A DNA stretch of 32,000 nucleotides from Synechococcus elongatus PCC 6301 (GTDB taxonomy: Bacteria; Cyanobacteriota; Cyanobacteriia; Synechococcales; Synechococcaceae), in NCBI RefSeq assembly GCF_000010065.1, contig NC_006576.1, forward strand, positions 1,170,001 to 1,202,000, in the 5' to 3' direction. Under the pieces are notes generated by a model, which saw only the letters and a program-made list of their open reading frames with translations, ran no database searches and was not told the DNA's origin. This document shows, piece by piece, positions 14,442 to 24,815 of this stretch. Within the stretch, counting starts at the first letter, position 1, and each line of letters begins with the position of its first letter. A program made the translations under genes and the position numbers.

Positions 14442-15497
14442 ATGACTGAGCGGCGATCGCCATTGCCTCGATCGTGGACGAGTTGGGGCGTGGGTCTCTT
14501 GCTGCTGCTCTATCTCGGGGCCTTGGGCGCAGACTGCTTAGCCCCTTACAACCCCTACAGTTCGCAAGCCGACGCAGCCCTATTGCCACCCAGCCAAATC
14601 TTCTGGCGCAATCGCCAAGGCCAATGGCTTGGCCCCCATGTCTACCCAGTGCGCCAGGGCCCCATCGATCTGGAGACTGGTCAGCGGGAAGTGATCACTG
14701 ACTGGAATGCCCCATCGCCTCTCCGCATCTGGGTGGTTGGCGATCCGTACCGAGTGCTGAGTTGGAAGGGCGATCGCCATCTCCTCGGCACCACAGGACC
14801 CGGCAAACTGCATCTGCTGGGAACCGACGATCAGGGGCGCGATCAGTTCAGTCGCTTGCTCTACGGCAGCCGCATTAGTTTGAGTGTGGGCCTAGTCGGT
14901 GTGATTCTGACCTTCCCGCTCGGCATCTTGGTGGGCGGCATCGCCGGCTACTGGGGCGGCTGGGTCGACGCACTGATCATGAGGCTGGTAGAAGTGCTGA
15001 TGACCATCCCCAGCTTGTATTTACTGGTCGCGCTGGCCGCTGTCCTACCACCGGGGTTGAGTAGCGCCGAGCGGTTTTTGCTGATTGTAGCGATTACCTC
15101 GCTGATCAATTGGGCAGGATTGGCACGGGTCATTCGGGGGCAGGTGCTGTCACTGCGGGAACGGGAGTATGTCCAAGCCTCGCAGGTGATGGGGGCTAGT
15201 CGACTCTACCTGCTCATCCGCCACATCCTGCCCCAGACCCTGACCTACGTGATCATTGCCGCGACGCTGGCGGTGCCGAGCTTCATTGTTGCGGAATCGG
15301 TCTTGAGCCTCGTGGGCTTGGGCATCCAACAACCAGATCCCTCCTGGGGCAACATGCTGTCCTTGGCGACCAATGCCTCGATGTTGTTGTTGAATCCTTG
15401 GCTGATTTGGCCACCTGCTCTGCTGATTGTTGTTGCAGTACTGGCCTTCAACGTGGTGGGTGACGGGTTGCGCGATCGCCTCGACCCACGGCGTTGA
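14442..15497 (+). CDS. Peptide/nickel-type ABC transporter permease (DppC/OppC-like)
   Basis: HLLGTDDQGRDQFSRLLYGSRISLSVGL...REREYVQASQVMGASRLYLLIRHILPQ inner-membrane component (EAA) motif; ATG at 14442. Confidence 0.9.
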   Translation: MTERRSPLPRSWTSWGVGLLLLLYLGALGADCLAPYNPYSSQADAALLPPSQIFWRNRQGQWLGPHVYPVRQGPIDLETGQREVITDWNAPSPLRIWVVGDPYRVLSWKGDRHLLGTTGPGKLHLLGTDDQGRDQFSRLLYGSRISLSVGLVGVILTFPLGILVGGIAGYWGGWVDALIMRLVEVLMTIPSLYLLVALAAVLPPGLSSAERFLLIVAITSLINWAGLARVIRGQVLSLREREYVQASQVMGASRLYLLIRHILPQTLTYVIIAATLAVPSFIVAESVLSLVGLGIQQPDPSWGNMLSLATNASMLLLNPWLIWPPALLIVVAVLAFNVVGDGLRDRLDPRR

Positions 15498-15839
15498 GAC
15501 CAACTGATTCCAGCCGAGGCAATCGCTCTCGAAGCTCAGCCAGAAGACAGCTATCAGACAGTTACAGGACTGGCCTATTCACAAACTAATTGAGACCCAT
15601 TTTCAAGCCAGTTTCCAGACTGTCACAGACAGAGATTAGACTGAATTCCTTAAATTTTTAGATAATTTACTAATAGCTATGTTCCTGAAATCCCTCTTTC
15701 AGAAAGGATTTTTCAGATCGAGCTTTCGTTTCTTGAAGTCAAAAAGACAACTCCAAAACACTGAGGCGATCGCTGGAACATTCATTTCCGCATCGCGTCC
15801 AAAAGAGCATTACTGCTGTCATTAATTTCTCCTGCACCC

Positions 15840-16523
15840 ATGAACTTCGCACGGACTTGTGGACTCGCCCTCGCTGCTTGTTTGGCCGGCGGCGCCGTAC
15901 TCGAAGCGCAGCCCGCTGCAGCAGGGCCCGATAGATGGGATCGCTGTGAACGCCCCGGTCGAGGGAATCGTCGCGCCTGCTTGGAGCAGTTGAATCGCTT
16001 CAACCGGTTTGATCAGTTTGATCGCCGAGGGGTGCCCATTCCCGTTGTCGATCGGCGTTTTCTGCGATCGGGTAGCCGCATGAACCTGTTCTTCCCCGGT
16101 CGCGATCGCATTATTTTGCGCCGCGGAGAAGTCTTGCCTCTGGAGGGCCGCTTGGCCCGCGACATTTTTGACAATCGGGGTCGCGTTCTCGTGCCCCGCA
16201 ATAGCCGGATTCTGGGTCAGCTGCGACCCGATGGACGGGGCCTGCGTTTCGTCAGCGATCGCTTGATCTTGCCGAATGGCGGCGTCTATCCGATTCGTGC
16301 TCACTCTGGCCTGATTTTCAGTGAGCCTTCCTTCGGTCGTCCCGACCTGAGCACAGTCTTGATCACCGGCGCTGCTCGCACCCTGCTGAGCAATTTGCCC
16401 GGCTACAACGGCGCCATCGATCGCAGTTTTGACGACGTCTTGCAGCGCGATAACTCCCAAATCATCGTCTTGGATTCCAGCGATCTCGGCTTAGAACTGC
16501 TATCTGATCTGACCTTCCGTTAA
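15840..16523 (+). CDS. Hypothetical secreted protein
   Basis: Signal peptide MNFARTCGLALAACLAGGAVLEAQPAAA; C-terminal module resembles the C-terminus of the next gene. Confidence 0.75.
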   Translation: MNFARTCGLALAACLAGGAVLEAQPAAAGPDRWDRCERPGRGNRRACLEQLNRFNRFDQFDRRGVPIPVVDRRFLRSGSRMNLFFPGRDRIILRRGEVLPLEGRLARDIFDNRGRVLVPRNSRILGQLRPDGRGLRFVSDRLILPNGGVYPIRAHSGLIFSEPSFGRPDLSTVLITGAARTLLSNLPGYNGAIDRSFDDVLQRDNSQIIVLDSSDLGLELLSDLTFR

Positions 16524-16562
16524 CTCCCATCTATCACTTCTCCCCTTTCTGGAGTCACTCTC

Positions 16563-17804
16563 ATGTCTCAAACCCTCAAAGCGGGCCTCGCCTCGCTTCT
16601 CTTCATCGGCAGCAGCAGTAGCGCCCTCACCCTGACCTTTAGCCCTGCAGCACTGGCACAGTCGACGCGCTTCAGCGATGTTTCCAGCAGTTACTGGGCT
16701 CAACCCTTTGTGGAAGCCTTGGCTAACCGCGGCATCATCACCGGTTTTCCTGACGGTAGTTTCCGCCCCAATGAACCGGTCAGCCGGGCCCAATTCGCCG
16801 CCATGCTCGACAAAGCATTTACGACTGGCAGCCAGAGATCGCCCCAAAACTTTAGCGATGTGCCGAGTAACTACTGGGCCCGCAACGCCATCGACTCCGC
16901 CTACAGCCGGGGCTTCATGAGTGGGTACACCAGCAACCGCTTTCAGCCCGAGCAAAGCATTCCTCGAGTTCAAGCTTTGGTATCGCTGGGGTCTGGCCTT
17001 AACCTGAACCCGCGATCGGACATCAACGGTACCCTCAGCATCTTTGCTGACAACAGCTCGATTCCAGACTATGCCCGCGATCGCGTGGCTGCTGCCACAG
17101 AGCGCAACCTCGTGGTCAACTATCCTGACCCGCAGTTCCTCAACCCCAATCGTTCTGCTACCCGTGCGGAAGTCGCAGCTTTCCTCTACCAGTCCCTGGC
17201 TAGCAATGGTCAAGTTGCTCAGGTGGACTCGCCCTACATCGTCAGCCAGAACTCGATCCCGGTCATTCCGAGCGCCGGTATAGCCCTTCCTCCTGGCAGC
17301 CTGATTCCGGTTCGCTACGACGCCGCTGAGCGCGTCTTGCTGGCTCCAGGCGAAAGCATTCCGCTGACCCTGACGGTTTCGCAGGACCTGACGCGATCGG
17401 GCCGGGTGGTCATCCCTCGCGGTAGCCAAATCAACGGCGAACTTCGTCCCGCCAACCTCGGCAACCAAGCTGGAACACAATTTGTCGCCCGCAACTTGGT
17501 TCTGCCCAATGGTCAGACCCGACCGCTCAACGCTCGCTCCGAGATCATCACCGACGTGGAGACTGTGCAGCGGGGCGCCAATCTCGGCAACATTTTGACC
17601 GGGACAGCTGTTGGGGCAGCAGCAGCAGCGGTGATCAGTGGCTTGACGGGCGATCGCCGCATTGATGTACTGGAAGTCTTGGGCGGCGCTGGTGTAGGTG
17701 GCTTGCTGAGCGGCCTGCTGATCAAAAACAACGTTGACCTGTTGGTGGTTGAGCCGAACCGCGACTTGGCTTTGACCCTCGACAGCGAGTTTGCGGCCCG
17801 ATAG
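16563..17804 (+). CDS. S-layer homology (SLH) domain-containing secreted protein
   Basis: Signal peptide ending ALAQS, then SLH repeats FSDVSSSYWAQPFVEALANRGIITGFPDGSFRPNEPVSRAQFAAML and a second copy FSDVPSNYWARNAIDSAYSRGFMSGY. Confidence 0.88.
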   Translation: MSQTLKAGLASLLFIGSSSSALTLTFSPAALAQSTRFSDVSSSYWAQPFVEALANRGIITGFPDGSFRPNEPVSRAQFAAMLDKAFTTGSQRSPQNFSDVPSNYWARNAIDSAYSRGFMSGYTSNRFQPEQSIPRVQALVSLGSGLNLNPRSDINGTLSIFADNSSIPDYARDRVAAATERNLVVNYPDPQFLNPNRSATRAEVAAFLYQSLASNGQVAQVDSPYIVSQNSIPVIPSAGIALPPGSLIPVRYDAAERVLLAPGESIPLTLTVSQDLTRSGRVVIPRGSQINGELRPANLGNQAGTQFVARNLVLPNGQTRPLNARSEIITDVETVQRGANLGNILTGTAVGAAAAAVISGLTGDRRIDVLEVLGGAGVGGLLSGLLIKNNVDLLVVEPNRDLALTLDSEFAAR

Positions 17805-17869
17805 CAACTCACTGCGTTGGACCTGACTCAGTAGCGATCGCTCGTTGACCCGAAGGGGGTCTCCAAAAC

Positions 17870-17902
17870 AAATCGTCCGCCTCCTTTGGAAGCGGACGAT
17901 TT
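17870..17902. terminator. Putative terminator hairpin between the SLH gene and amt (convergent)
   Basis: Perfect 11-bp inverted repeat AAATCGTCCGC...GCGGACGATTT with T-rich sequence on the minus-strand 3' side (TTTGTTTTGG). Confidence 0.7.
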
Positions 17903-17928
17903 CGCGGATGGACAGCGCAGTTAAGAAC

Positions 17929-19446
17929 TTATTCCGAGATGCTGCTCAGGGCGTTAGATGCATCCTTGGCAAAGCCAGAGTAGGCTTCCATCCCGTGTTC
18001 GCCAATATCCAAGCCTTGTAGCTCTTCTTCAGGCGAAACTCGCAGACCCAGCAGGGCTTTGAGGATATTCCAGATGATGACGCTAGCAACAACTGTCCAG
18101 ACACCATAGGAAATAATTCCTAGGATCTGAGAGCCCAGTTGACCAAAGCCACCACCGTAGAAGAGACCTTTTTCAAGGTTAAACAGGCCTACTGCCAGCG
18201 TGCCCCAAATGCCGCAGACCAAGTGAACCGAGCAAGCACCGACAGGATCGTCAATCTTGAGGTTTTCGAAGGTGTAGACCGAGAAGACGACCAGCACGCC
18301 AGCAATCAAGCCGACGATGAAGGAGCCGCCCATACCGAAGCCATCGCAACCTGCGGTGACACCAACCAAGCCAGCCAAGATGCCGTTGATCACCATTGAC
18401 AAGTCCGGCTTACCTGAGGTCGACCAAGACGTGATCGTGGCAGAGATGCCACCAGCAGCACCACCCAGCGTTGTGGTGACCGCCACATAAGGAACGGCAG
18501 TATTGAAGGCCAACACAGAACCGCCGTTGAAGCCGTACCAGCCGATCCAGAGAATCAACGCACCCAAGGTTGCGATCGCGAGGTTGTGACCGGGCAGCGC
18601 ACCTGGGCGACCGTCCTGGAATTTACCCATCCGTGGGCCGAGGGTGATGGCGCCAATCAGAGCAGCCCAGCCACCAACCGAGTGCACAACAGTCGAGCCA
18701 GCAAAGTCGATGAAACCCGCTTTGTTGAGCCAGCCAGAACCGACGTTCCACTGCCACGACCCTGCAATGGGGTAAATGACAGCCGTCAGGATCAAGCTGA
18801 AGATGATGAAGTCGACAAACTTAATTCGCTCAGCAACAGAGCCAGACACGATGGTTGCAGCAGTACCAGCAAATGCTGCTTGGAAGAGAAAATCAAGTGA
18901 AGAGATGAGACCATCGTTTTTGATCGTCTCAGCCGAGACCGTTGGGTCGAAGAAGAAACCGAGTGGACCACCTTTACCGAAGTAGAGGAAACCATCGACC
19001 ACCGGGCTTCCGTACATCAGCGAGTAGCCGATGAACCAGTAAGCGGTTGCAGCCAGGGTGAAAACGATGAGGTTTTTCGCCAAGACGTTAACAGCGTTCT
19101 TTTGGCGACAAAGGCCAGTCTCAACCATGGCGAAACCGGCGTTCATGAAGATCACCAGCACCGTGGCGACCATCAGCCAGAGGTTGTTGACTAGGAATTG
19201 GGCGCTAGGGACAGGATCTGCCGAACCTTGCGCGTTAGCCGCAACACCCCAAAACACTGCGATCGTGGCCGCTAGTGGCACACAGGCCAACCAGAGCTTC
19301 GATCCTTGGAAACGATTAATGAGGCGCTTAAAGCCCCCTTGAAAGTCAGGAACAGCAGTGGAGGCCCACGCCCATCCCTTCGGTTTTCGCCCAGCAAACG
19401 CAGGCGCTACACCTCGAGGCATTTGGAACAACTCCTTTGACAGCAC
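17929..19446 (-). CDS. amt: Ammonium transporter
   Basis: Multi-TM protein with [55 protein letters not shown]. Start could be the ATG at 19446 or 19422. Confidence 0.95.
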   Translation of the reverse strand: MLSKELFQMPRGVAPAFAGRKPKGWAWASTAVPDFQGGFKRLINRFQGSKLWLACVPLAATIAVFWGVAANAQGSADPVPSAQFLVNNLWLMVATVLVIFMNAGFAMVETGLCRQKNAVNVLAKNLIVFTLAATAYWFIGYSLMYGSPVVDGFLYFGKGGPLGFFFDPTVSAETIKNDGLISSLDFLFQAAFAGTAATIVSGSVAERIKFVDFIIFSLILTAVIYPIAGSWQWNVGSGWLNKAGFIDFAGSTVVHSVGGWAALIGAITLGPRMGKFQDGRPGALPGHNLAIATLGALILWIGWYGFNGGSVLAFNTAVPYVAVTTTLGGAAGGISATITSWSTSGKPDLSMVINGILAGLVGVTAGCDGFGMGGSFIVGLIAGVLVVFSVYTFENLKIDDPVGACSVHLVCGIWGTLAVGLFNLEKGLFYGGGFGQLGSQILGIISYGVWTVVASVIIWNILKALLGLRVSPEEELQGLDIGEHGMEAYSGFAKDASNALSSISE

Positions 19447-19557
19447 GTCAATCTAGCAGGGCAAGGACAGTTGATCAGCCTAGGTACCGCTGAGCAGCAA
19501 GCTGTTCAGTATCCTTGTGAGATCTCTGTAAGCATTCAGCGAGACTCAAGGTTGTTT

Positions 19558-19573
19558 TGTAATCGATGTAACA
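19558..19573 (-). promoter_or_regulatory. Candidate NtcA-type site upstream of amt
   Basis: TGTAATCGATGTAACA fits TGT-N10-ACA; one half-site deviates from the GTA-N8-TAC consensus. Confidence 0.45.
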
Positions 19574-19634
19574 GTTCGCCCCAAGGGTCTCAAATCAAAT
19601 ATTTATAAAAATTATGATTTCCATAGATAAGTCG

Positions 19635-19659
19635 AGGGGTCTCGAAGCCGAGAACCCCT
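19635..19659 (-). terminator. Possible terminator downstream of purE
   Basis: AGGGGTCTCG-AAGC-CGAGAACCCCT, 10 bp with a single-base bulge. No clear T tract, so weak. Confidence 0.35.
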
Positions 19660-19688
19660 GATGCTTATGGGTTGTGACGTCAATCCGC

Positions 19689-20252
19689 CTAGTGATGACC
19701 ACCAGCATTTTCGAGGTAGGCCTCAACACCGATCGCACTGAGGCGAGTCTGCTTATCTTGCACCATTTGCGCCAATTCTTGGCGATAGGTCTGCACCGCT
19801 TGGAGTAGTTCGGGGTTGTGGCTAGCCAGCATTTGCACTGCTAGGAGCCCTGCATTGGTGGCATTACCGATCGCGACGGTTGCTACTGGGATGCCAGCCG
19901 GCATTTGCACGATCGAATAGAGCGAGTCCACTCCCTGCAACGTGCGGGTCTGCACAGGTACGCCAATCACCGGCAGGGGAGTTAGGGCAGCCACCATGCC
20001 CGGTAAATGGGCCGCACCGCCTGCGCCGGCAATGATCACCTTGAGGCTGCGCTGATGGGCTGTTTGGGCGTACTCCACCATCCGCACCGGAGTACGGTGA
20101 GCGGAGACAATTTCGACCTCGTGGGCAATGCCAAACTGCTGGCAGATGGCGATCGCGCCACGCATGGTGGGTAAATCAGAGTCGCTGCCCATGATGATGC
20201 CAACGGCAGGCTGGGTGAGCGCAGAGGGTGCAGCAGGAACAGGAGAAGACAT
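19689..20252 (-). CDS. purE: N5-carboxyaminoimidazole ribonucleotide mutase
   Basis: [52 protein letters not shown] at 20252 preferred over the extended ORF to 20357. Confidence 0.96.
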   Translation of the reverse strand: MSSPVPAAPSALTQPAVGIIMGSDSDLPTMRGAIAICQQFGIAHEVEIVSAHRTPVRMVEYAQTAHQRSLKVIIAGAGGAAHLPGMVAALTPLPVIGVPVQTRTLQGVDSLYSIVQMPAGIPVATVAIGNATNAGLLAVQMLASHNPELLQAVQTYRQELAQMVQDKQTRLSAIGVEAYLENAGGHH

Positions 20253-20316
20253 GGTCACTGACGTAAGATTGGGGCGATCGGCCTGAGTTGCTGGGTCGGC
20301 CGTTACATGCAGACCG

Positions 20317-21534
20317 ATGATGACCGCTGCTCCTACCCTGCTGACGAATATTCGCATTCCGGGCTGTGCAGAGGTTCAGCGTCTCTGGCTTGATGCTGCC
20401 GGTATTGTGCAGTCGATTGAGCCGATGTCGCAAACCTTCGATCGCCTGCCGCCTCCCCAACTGCGAATGATTGACCTGCAGGGCGACTGGCTCTCTCTGG
20501 GCGGCATTGACCTGCAAATCAATGGGGCACTGGGGCTGGCCTTTCCTGAAGTGCAAGCCAGCGATCGCAATCGCCTCTTAGCCATTTGCCGCCGGCTCTG
20601 GGAACAGGGTGTTGATGCTTTTACCCCAACCTTAGTCACCAGCTCGATCGCACAGTTTCGGCAGGCCATTGAGGCAATCGCGGACTTCGTGGCGCAGCCC
20701 TTGCCACCCCGCCACGCCAAAATTTTGGGACTCCATCTGGAAGGGCCTTGCCTTGCAGAATCTAAGCGCGGCGCTCACCCACAGGAGCATTTGCAACCGC
20801 TGACGGTCGAAGTTCTATCGGAGATCTGTGGCGATCACTTGGCGCAAATTCGGATTGTCACCCTCGCACCGGAGTTGGATCCCACAGGGGAAGCGATCGC
20901 TTGGCTGCGTCAGCAGGGTGTGATTGTCAGCTTGGGGCATTCCCAAGCCACAGCAGAGCAGGCCCAAGTCGCTTTTCAGCAGGGCGCAACCATGGTAACC
21001 CACGCCTTTAATGCCATGCCGCCCTTGCATCATCGTCAGCCCGGGCTGTTGGGCGCAGCATTGACTACGGACACCGTGTTTGCGGGATTGATTGCGGATG
21101 GTCAGCACATCGATCCAATTATGCTGAAATTGTTGCTGCGAGCCGGTGAGGGCGATCGCCGATTGTTTCTGGTCAGCGATGCCTTAGCTCCCTTGGGCTT
21201 ACCCGACGGTCAGTATCCCTGGGACGAACGACAAATCACAGTCACCGCCGGCACTTGTCGACTCGAAGATGGCACCCTCGCCGGCACCACCCTGCCGCTA
21301 CTGGCAGGGGTTCAAAATTTGGTGCGCTGGCAGGTCTGTGAACCGGAAACCGCGATCATGCTGGCGACCCTAGCACCTCTGCGGGCCTTGGGGGTGGATT
21401 GGTCGGATCCGCGTCTTCTCTATTTGTCCCGTCCCGTCTGTCAGCTGCTGCGCTGGCACCAGTCCGACACGGGAGAACTGACTTGGCAGAGGCTCTGCGA
21501 AAACGACGAATTACCGACTCCTACGTCGATCTAG
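20317..21534 (+). CDS. nagA: N-acetylglucosamine-6-phosphate deacetylase
   Basis: [65 protein letters not shown] motifs. Confidence 0.92.
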   Translation: MMTAAPTLLTNIRIPGCAEVQRLWLDAAGIVQSIEPMSQTFDRLPPPQLRMIDLQGDWLSLGGIDLQINGALGLAFPEVQASDRNRLLAICRRLWEQGVDAFTPTLVTSSIAQFRQAIEAIADFVAQPLPPRHAKILGLHLEGPCLAESKRGAHPQEHLQPLTVEVLSEICGDHLAQIRIVTLAPELDPTGEAIAWLRQQGVIVSLGHSQATAEQAQVAFQQGATMVTHAFNAMPPLHHRQPGLLGAALTTDTVFAGLIADGQHIDPIMLKLLLRAGEGDRRLFLVSDALAPLGLPDGQYPWDERQITVTAGTCRLEDGTLAGTTLPLLAGVQNLVRWQVCEPETAIMLATLAPLRALGVDWSDPRLLYLSRPVCQLLRWHQSDTGELTWQRLCENDELPTPTSI

Positions 21535-21579
21535 GTCAGTCGGAATATTAGAATCGTCTGCGAAGATGCCGCCCTTGCC

Positions 21580-22269
21580 ATGACAGCCCTCGACGACAAA
21601 ACTATCGTTCGTGACTATTTCAACGCCACGGGCTTCGATCGCTGGAGCCGGATCTATGGCGATGGCGAGGTCAATTTCGTCCAGAAGAACATCCGCATTG
21701 GTCACCAGCGCACCGTCGACACCGTGCTGAGTTGGCTGGAAGCCGATGGCAATCTGAGCGATCGCAGCTTTTGTGATGCCGGCTGCGGTGTCGGCAGCCT
21801 CAGCTTACCCCTAGCACAGCGGGGGGCACAGGCCGTTTATGCCAGCGACATCTCCGCCAAGATGGTGGAAGAGGCTCGCGAGCGGGCCAGTCAGATCCCC
21901 AATTTGAACAACATTCAGCTCGAAGTTTCGGACCTTGCTTCTCTGAGCGGTCGCTACGACACCGTCATCTGTTTGGATGTGTTGATTCACTATCCAGAAT
22001 CCGACGCGGCGGCCATGTTGAGCCATCTTTGCAGCTTAGCTGAGCAACGGGTTTTGGTGAGCTTCGCGCCCAAATCCCCTGTCTTGAATGTGCTCAAGCG
22101 CATTGGACAGTTCTTCCCGGGGGCCAGCAAAACGACCCGCGCATATCAGCACAGTGAAACCGCGATCGCAGCAGCCTTAGCGGCGAATGGCTTCCAAGTG
22201 CAACGTCGGGCCTTCAACAAAGCACCCTTCTATTTCTCACTTCTGCTCGAAGCTGTCCGAACTGCCTAA
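21580..22269 (+). CDS. chlM: Magnesium protoporphyrin IX methyltransferase
   Basis: YFNATGFDRWSRIYGDGEVNFVQKNIRIGHQRTV, CDAGCGVGSLSLPLA SAM-binding motif. Confidence 0.94.
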   Translation: MTALDDKTIVRDYFNATGFDRWSRIYGDGEVNFVQKNIRIGHQRTVDTVLSWLEADGNLSDRSFCDAGCGVGSLSLPLAQRGAQAVYASDISAKMVEEARERASQIPNLNNIQLEVSDLASLSGRYDTVICLDVLIHYPESDAAAMLSHLCSLAEQRVLVSFAPKSPVLNVLKRIGQFFPGASKTTRAYQHSETAIAAALAANGFQVQRRAFNKAPFYFSLLLEAVRTA

Positions 22270-22384
22270 TCAATTGTTGTTCGAGAGGTATCGCAGATTG
22301 AAGACTGAACTGGCATTTGCATTAATCAGCTGCAATCACCTCTCAGATTGACTAGACACTCAAGCATACTGAAGGTTTCAAACA

Positions 22385-23423
22385 TCAGTAACAAGCAATA
22401 ATTTTGAATTTCACAGCAACCTCAGGCGGTAGCATTGCTGCAATTAAATGGCATCTTTCGCCATACCATTCTCTACAGTTTAAGGATGTATTGTTAAATC
22501 TTTTTCTTGAGTATCGTGTATCTTCTGCATGGAATCGAATTAACTGATCAGCGATGCAAGCTGCTTCTTCTAAGAAGTAATTTTCTTGGCGTTCTTTCCG
22601 TTGTTGCTGCTTGAATATGGAAGGCCGATTATGAGGTGATTTAGGCCAAGAATTAAGTTTTTCCTTCAAGTTTTCTACTTCCCTGAGATGGCAATTAATT
22701 TTTTTGTTATCTTGGGCACGAAATAATAGGACTTGAGGATTAGGACAAGCAGTAACGGTTAAATGTGACTGCCCCCCTAAAATAGAGTATCTAGAAGAAC
22801 TTTTCTTCCCCTGTTCTTTCCTAGAATCGGAGCCCGAGAGAAGAGGTGAACTACGTGGAGTAGGTAAAGTTGATCGTACCGGCAAAGACATCGAGATCAA
22901 CTGCAGCTTGGCGGTTTTCTGGGGTATCTGCAGCACCACCAAGGAACCATAAAACATCTGCAGAGATACTGTAGTAGTCTTGGGTTCGTTGATAGATATC
23001 TGCAGCTTCAATTTTGGCAAGTTGACATTCACCAATAATTCGATAGCCCGTCGAGAAAACGACTGCAACATCTGCAATTCGACCATTCTTTCCAGCTTCT
23101 GAAATTGGATGTTCAATTTCAATAAACGCTTCTTGGGCATCAATCATCCCCTTATAAACTTCTTGAAAGTACTTACTGATTTCCAACTTTCCTTGCAAGT
23201 GCTCTGGAGATTCCGGATGATGTTCCATTACTGTGGTGCAAGGATGAGTATGAACAAAGTGCAATGAGGTATTTTGTCTCTTTCTGGGAAACATTAATGT
23301 TTGACAGAAAGGACAAAAAAGTCTTCCTTTGGGAAAATTTTTTCTGATTTCAAGGACTGACTTAAAATCTGTCGCAAGGACTATGCTACCCTGTTGATCT
23401 TTTGCTTTGAAAGGCATGATCAA
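22385..23423 (-). CDS. CoiA-like (competence/nuclease family) protein, apparently frame-disrupted
   Basis: ORF 22851..23423 carries LFCPFCQTLMF...LHFVHTH, HLQGKLEISKYF, NGRIADVAVVF, IGECQLAKI, LWFLGGAADTPENR. ORF 22385..23143 in the +1-shifted frame continues the coding-looking sequence downstream. Confidence 0.6.
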
Positions 23424-23729
23424 ATCTATTCCTTTATTGATACTTCTCGTTTAGAGAGTCAGTATAGTCTTCTTGTAAATCCTGATCACTAGAAGTTGTT
23501 CCATGGCTTTTATCAATCCCCCCTAGTCCAGTCAACGTACCAAGAGTAATAGCCTATTTACGAGTTGGGGTCTGTTTTTGCTAAAGAAACACTGCAAAGT
23601 GCAGGATTTCATTGATCTCCTCTTCAGGTATTGTCTGGATCAGCTGATAGAGCTTTTCAGTAGCAGTCATAGATTGCAGCGCATAAGAGATCTATATTCT
23701 GAGCAATCTCGACGGATCAAGCGATTGAG

Positions 23730-24035
23730 CTATCGGCGGCGATGCTTGGGGGGATCGTGGCGATCGTAGAAATCGGGTGGATGGCGGCGTACCCATTTCA
23801 GAAAACGCTGGATTTCGGGATGCGATCGCAGGCGATCGGGTGTGTTGTAGAACAGCGCTAGCTCCTGTTCAGTGAACAGGGAATGGATTTTACGGTGACA
23901 AATTTGATGGATGTACTGCCATTCCTTGCCACCATGACTTCGAGGCAAAAAGTGATGGCGATCGACAAACCGATCCTTCCAGAGGGGCCGATCGCAGAGC
24001 GGACAAGGACCTAAATCTTGAGGCGCTGCGGACAT
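23730..24035 (-). CDS. HNH endonuclease domain protein
   Basis: CPLCDRPLWKDRFVDRHHFLPRSHGGKEWQYIHQICHRKIHSLFTE: C-x2-C...HH...C-x3-H architecture. Confidence 0.85.
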   Translation of the reverse strand: MSAAPQDLGPCPLCDRPLWKDRFVDRHHFLPRSHGGKEWQYIHQICHRKIHSLFTEQELALFYNTPDRLRSHPEIQRFLKWVRRHPPDFYDRHDPPKHRRR

Positions 24036-24049
24036 GGAGCGATCGCGGT

Positions 24050-24805
24050 TTAGCTGTCGTAGGGATTACTGGGTGGGCTGATCGGTTGGACTTGCCGGGC
24101 CGCAATCACGACTTGCTTTTTGCCCGCTACAGTCTCCGCTTGCATCACGCCCTGCACCGACAACCATTGATCGACGGGATAGGACTGGCGATCGCCTGCG
24201 GGAAGCCGCACAGGAAGTCCCAAGGGATAGGCATCGGCGGCACAACAAGTCAGGGTAAAGCGAGCAACCAAAAGATAGTTACTCGGCAGTTCAGGTGGAT
24301 GCATGGCAAAGCCAGTCACGTTCACCCGCTGGCCGACATAGGCCGACGGCTCTGGATAGACATTGAGGGTGCGCACCCAGTCGGTAATTGTCCGTTCCTC
24401 CGGCCGCTGGCTGCTGCGAAACGCCTGCGGTCGACTGCGGCTATAGCCCGTTAAGTCTGCGAGGTCGCGATCGCGTGCCAGATCATTGGCAAACACCCGC
24501 GGCGGAATGATAAAGCCGGCGACCGCCACCAGCAACAGCAGACCAATACTCAGCCGACGGGGCAACAGGGCCGAATGGGACGCCTGCGGGAAAGGGCGCT
24601 GGGATTTCAGTTGCCAGCCCCGCGCGATCGCCATCCCCAAAAATGCGATCGCTGTAAACACTGTCAGAGCTTGGTAGGCCGGGTGAATTAAAAGATTGAG
24701 GTCGCCCCGCAGCCAATAGAGCAGCAGCAGTCCCCCCCAAGCCGCCAGGCTCAGGCAGTCTAGCCAAGGCAAGAGCGCAACAGAAGTCAGACGCCGAAGA
24801 ACCAT
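24050..24805 (-). CDS. TIGR03943 family membrane protein
   Basis: N-terminal TM helices, YVGQRVNVTGFAMHPPEL...RFTLTCCAADAYPLGLPV; paired with permease 24816..25823. Confidence 0.8.
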   Translation of the reverse strand: MVLRRLTSVALLPWLDCLSLAAWGGLLLLYWLRGDLNLLIHPAYQALTVFTAIAFLGMAIARGWQLKSQRPFPQASHSALLPRRLSIGLLLLVAVAGFIIPPRVFANDLARDRDLADLTGYSRSRPQAFRSSQRPEERTITDWVRTLNVYPEPSAYVGQRVNVTGFAMHPPELPSNYLLVARFTLTCCAADAYPLGLPVRLPAGDRQSYPVDQWLSVQGVMQAETVAGKKQVVIAARQVQPISPPSNPYDS

Positions 24806-24815
24806 GAAAACCGTG

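Noticed and set aside
15822-17812. Long minus-strand ORFs 15822..16460, 16500..17807 and 17513..17812
   Set aside because: They lie antisense to the secreted protein and SLH genes, which have signal peptides and recognisable domains. The antisense products have no recognisable family features and look like GC-rich shadow ORFs.
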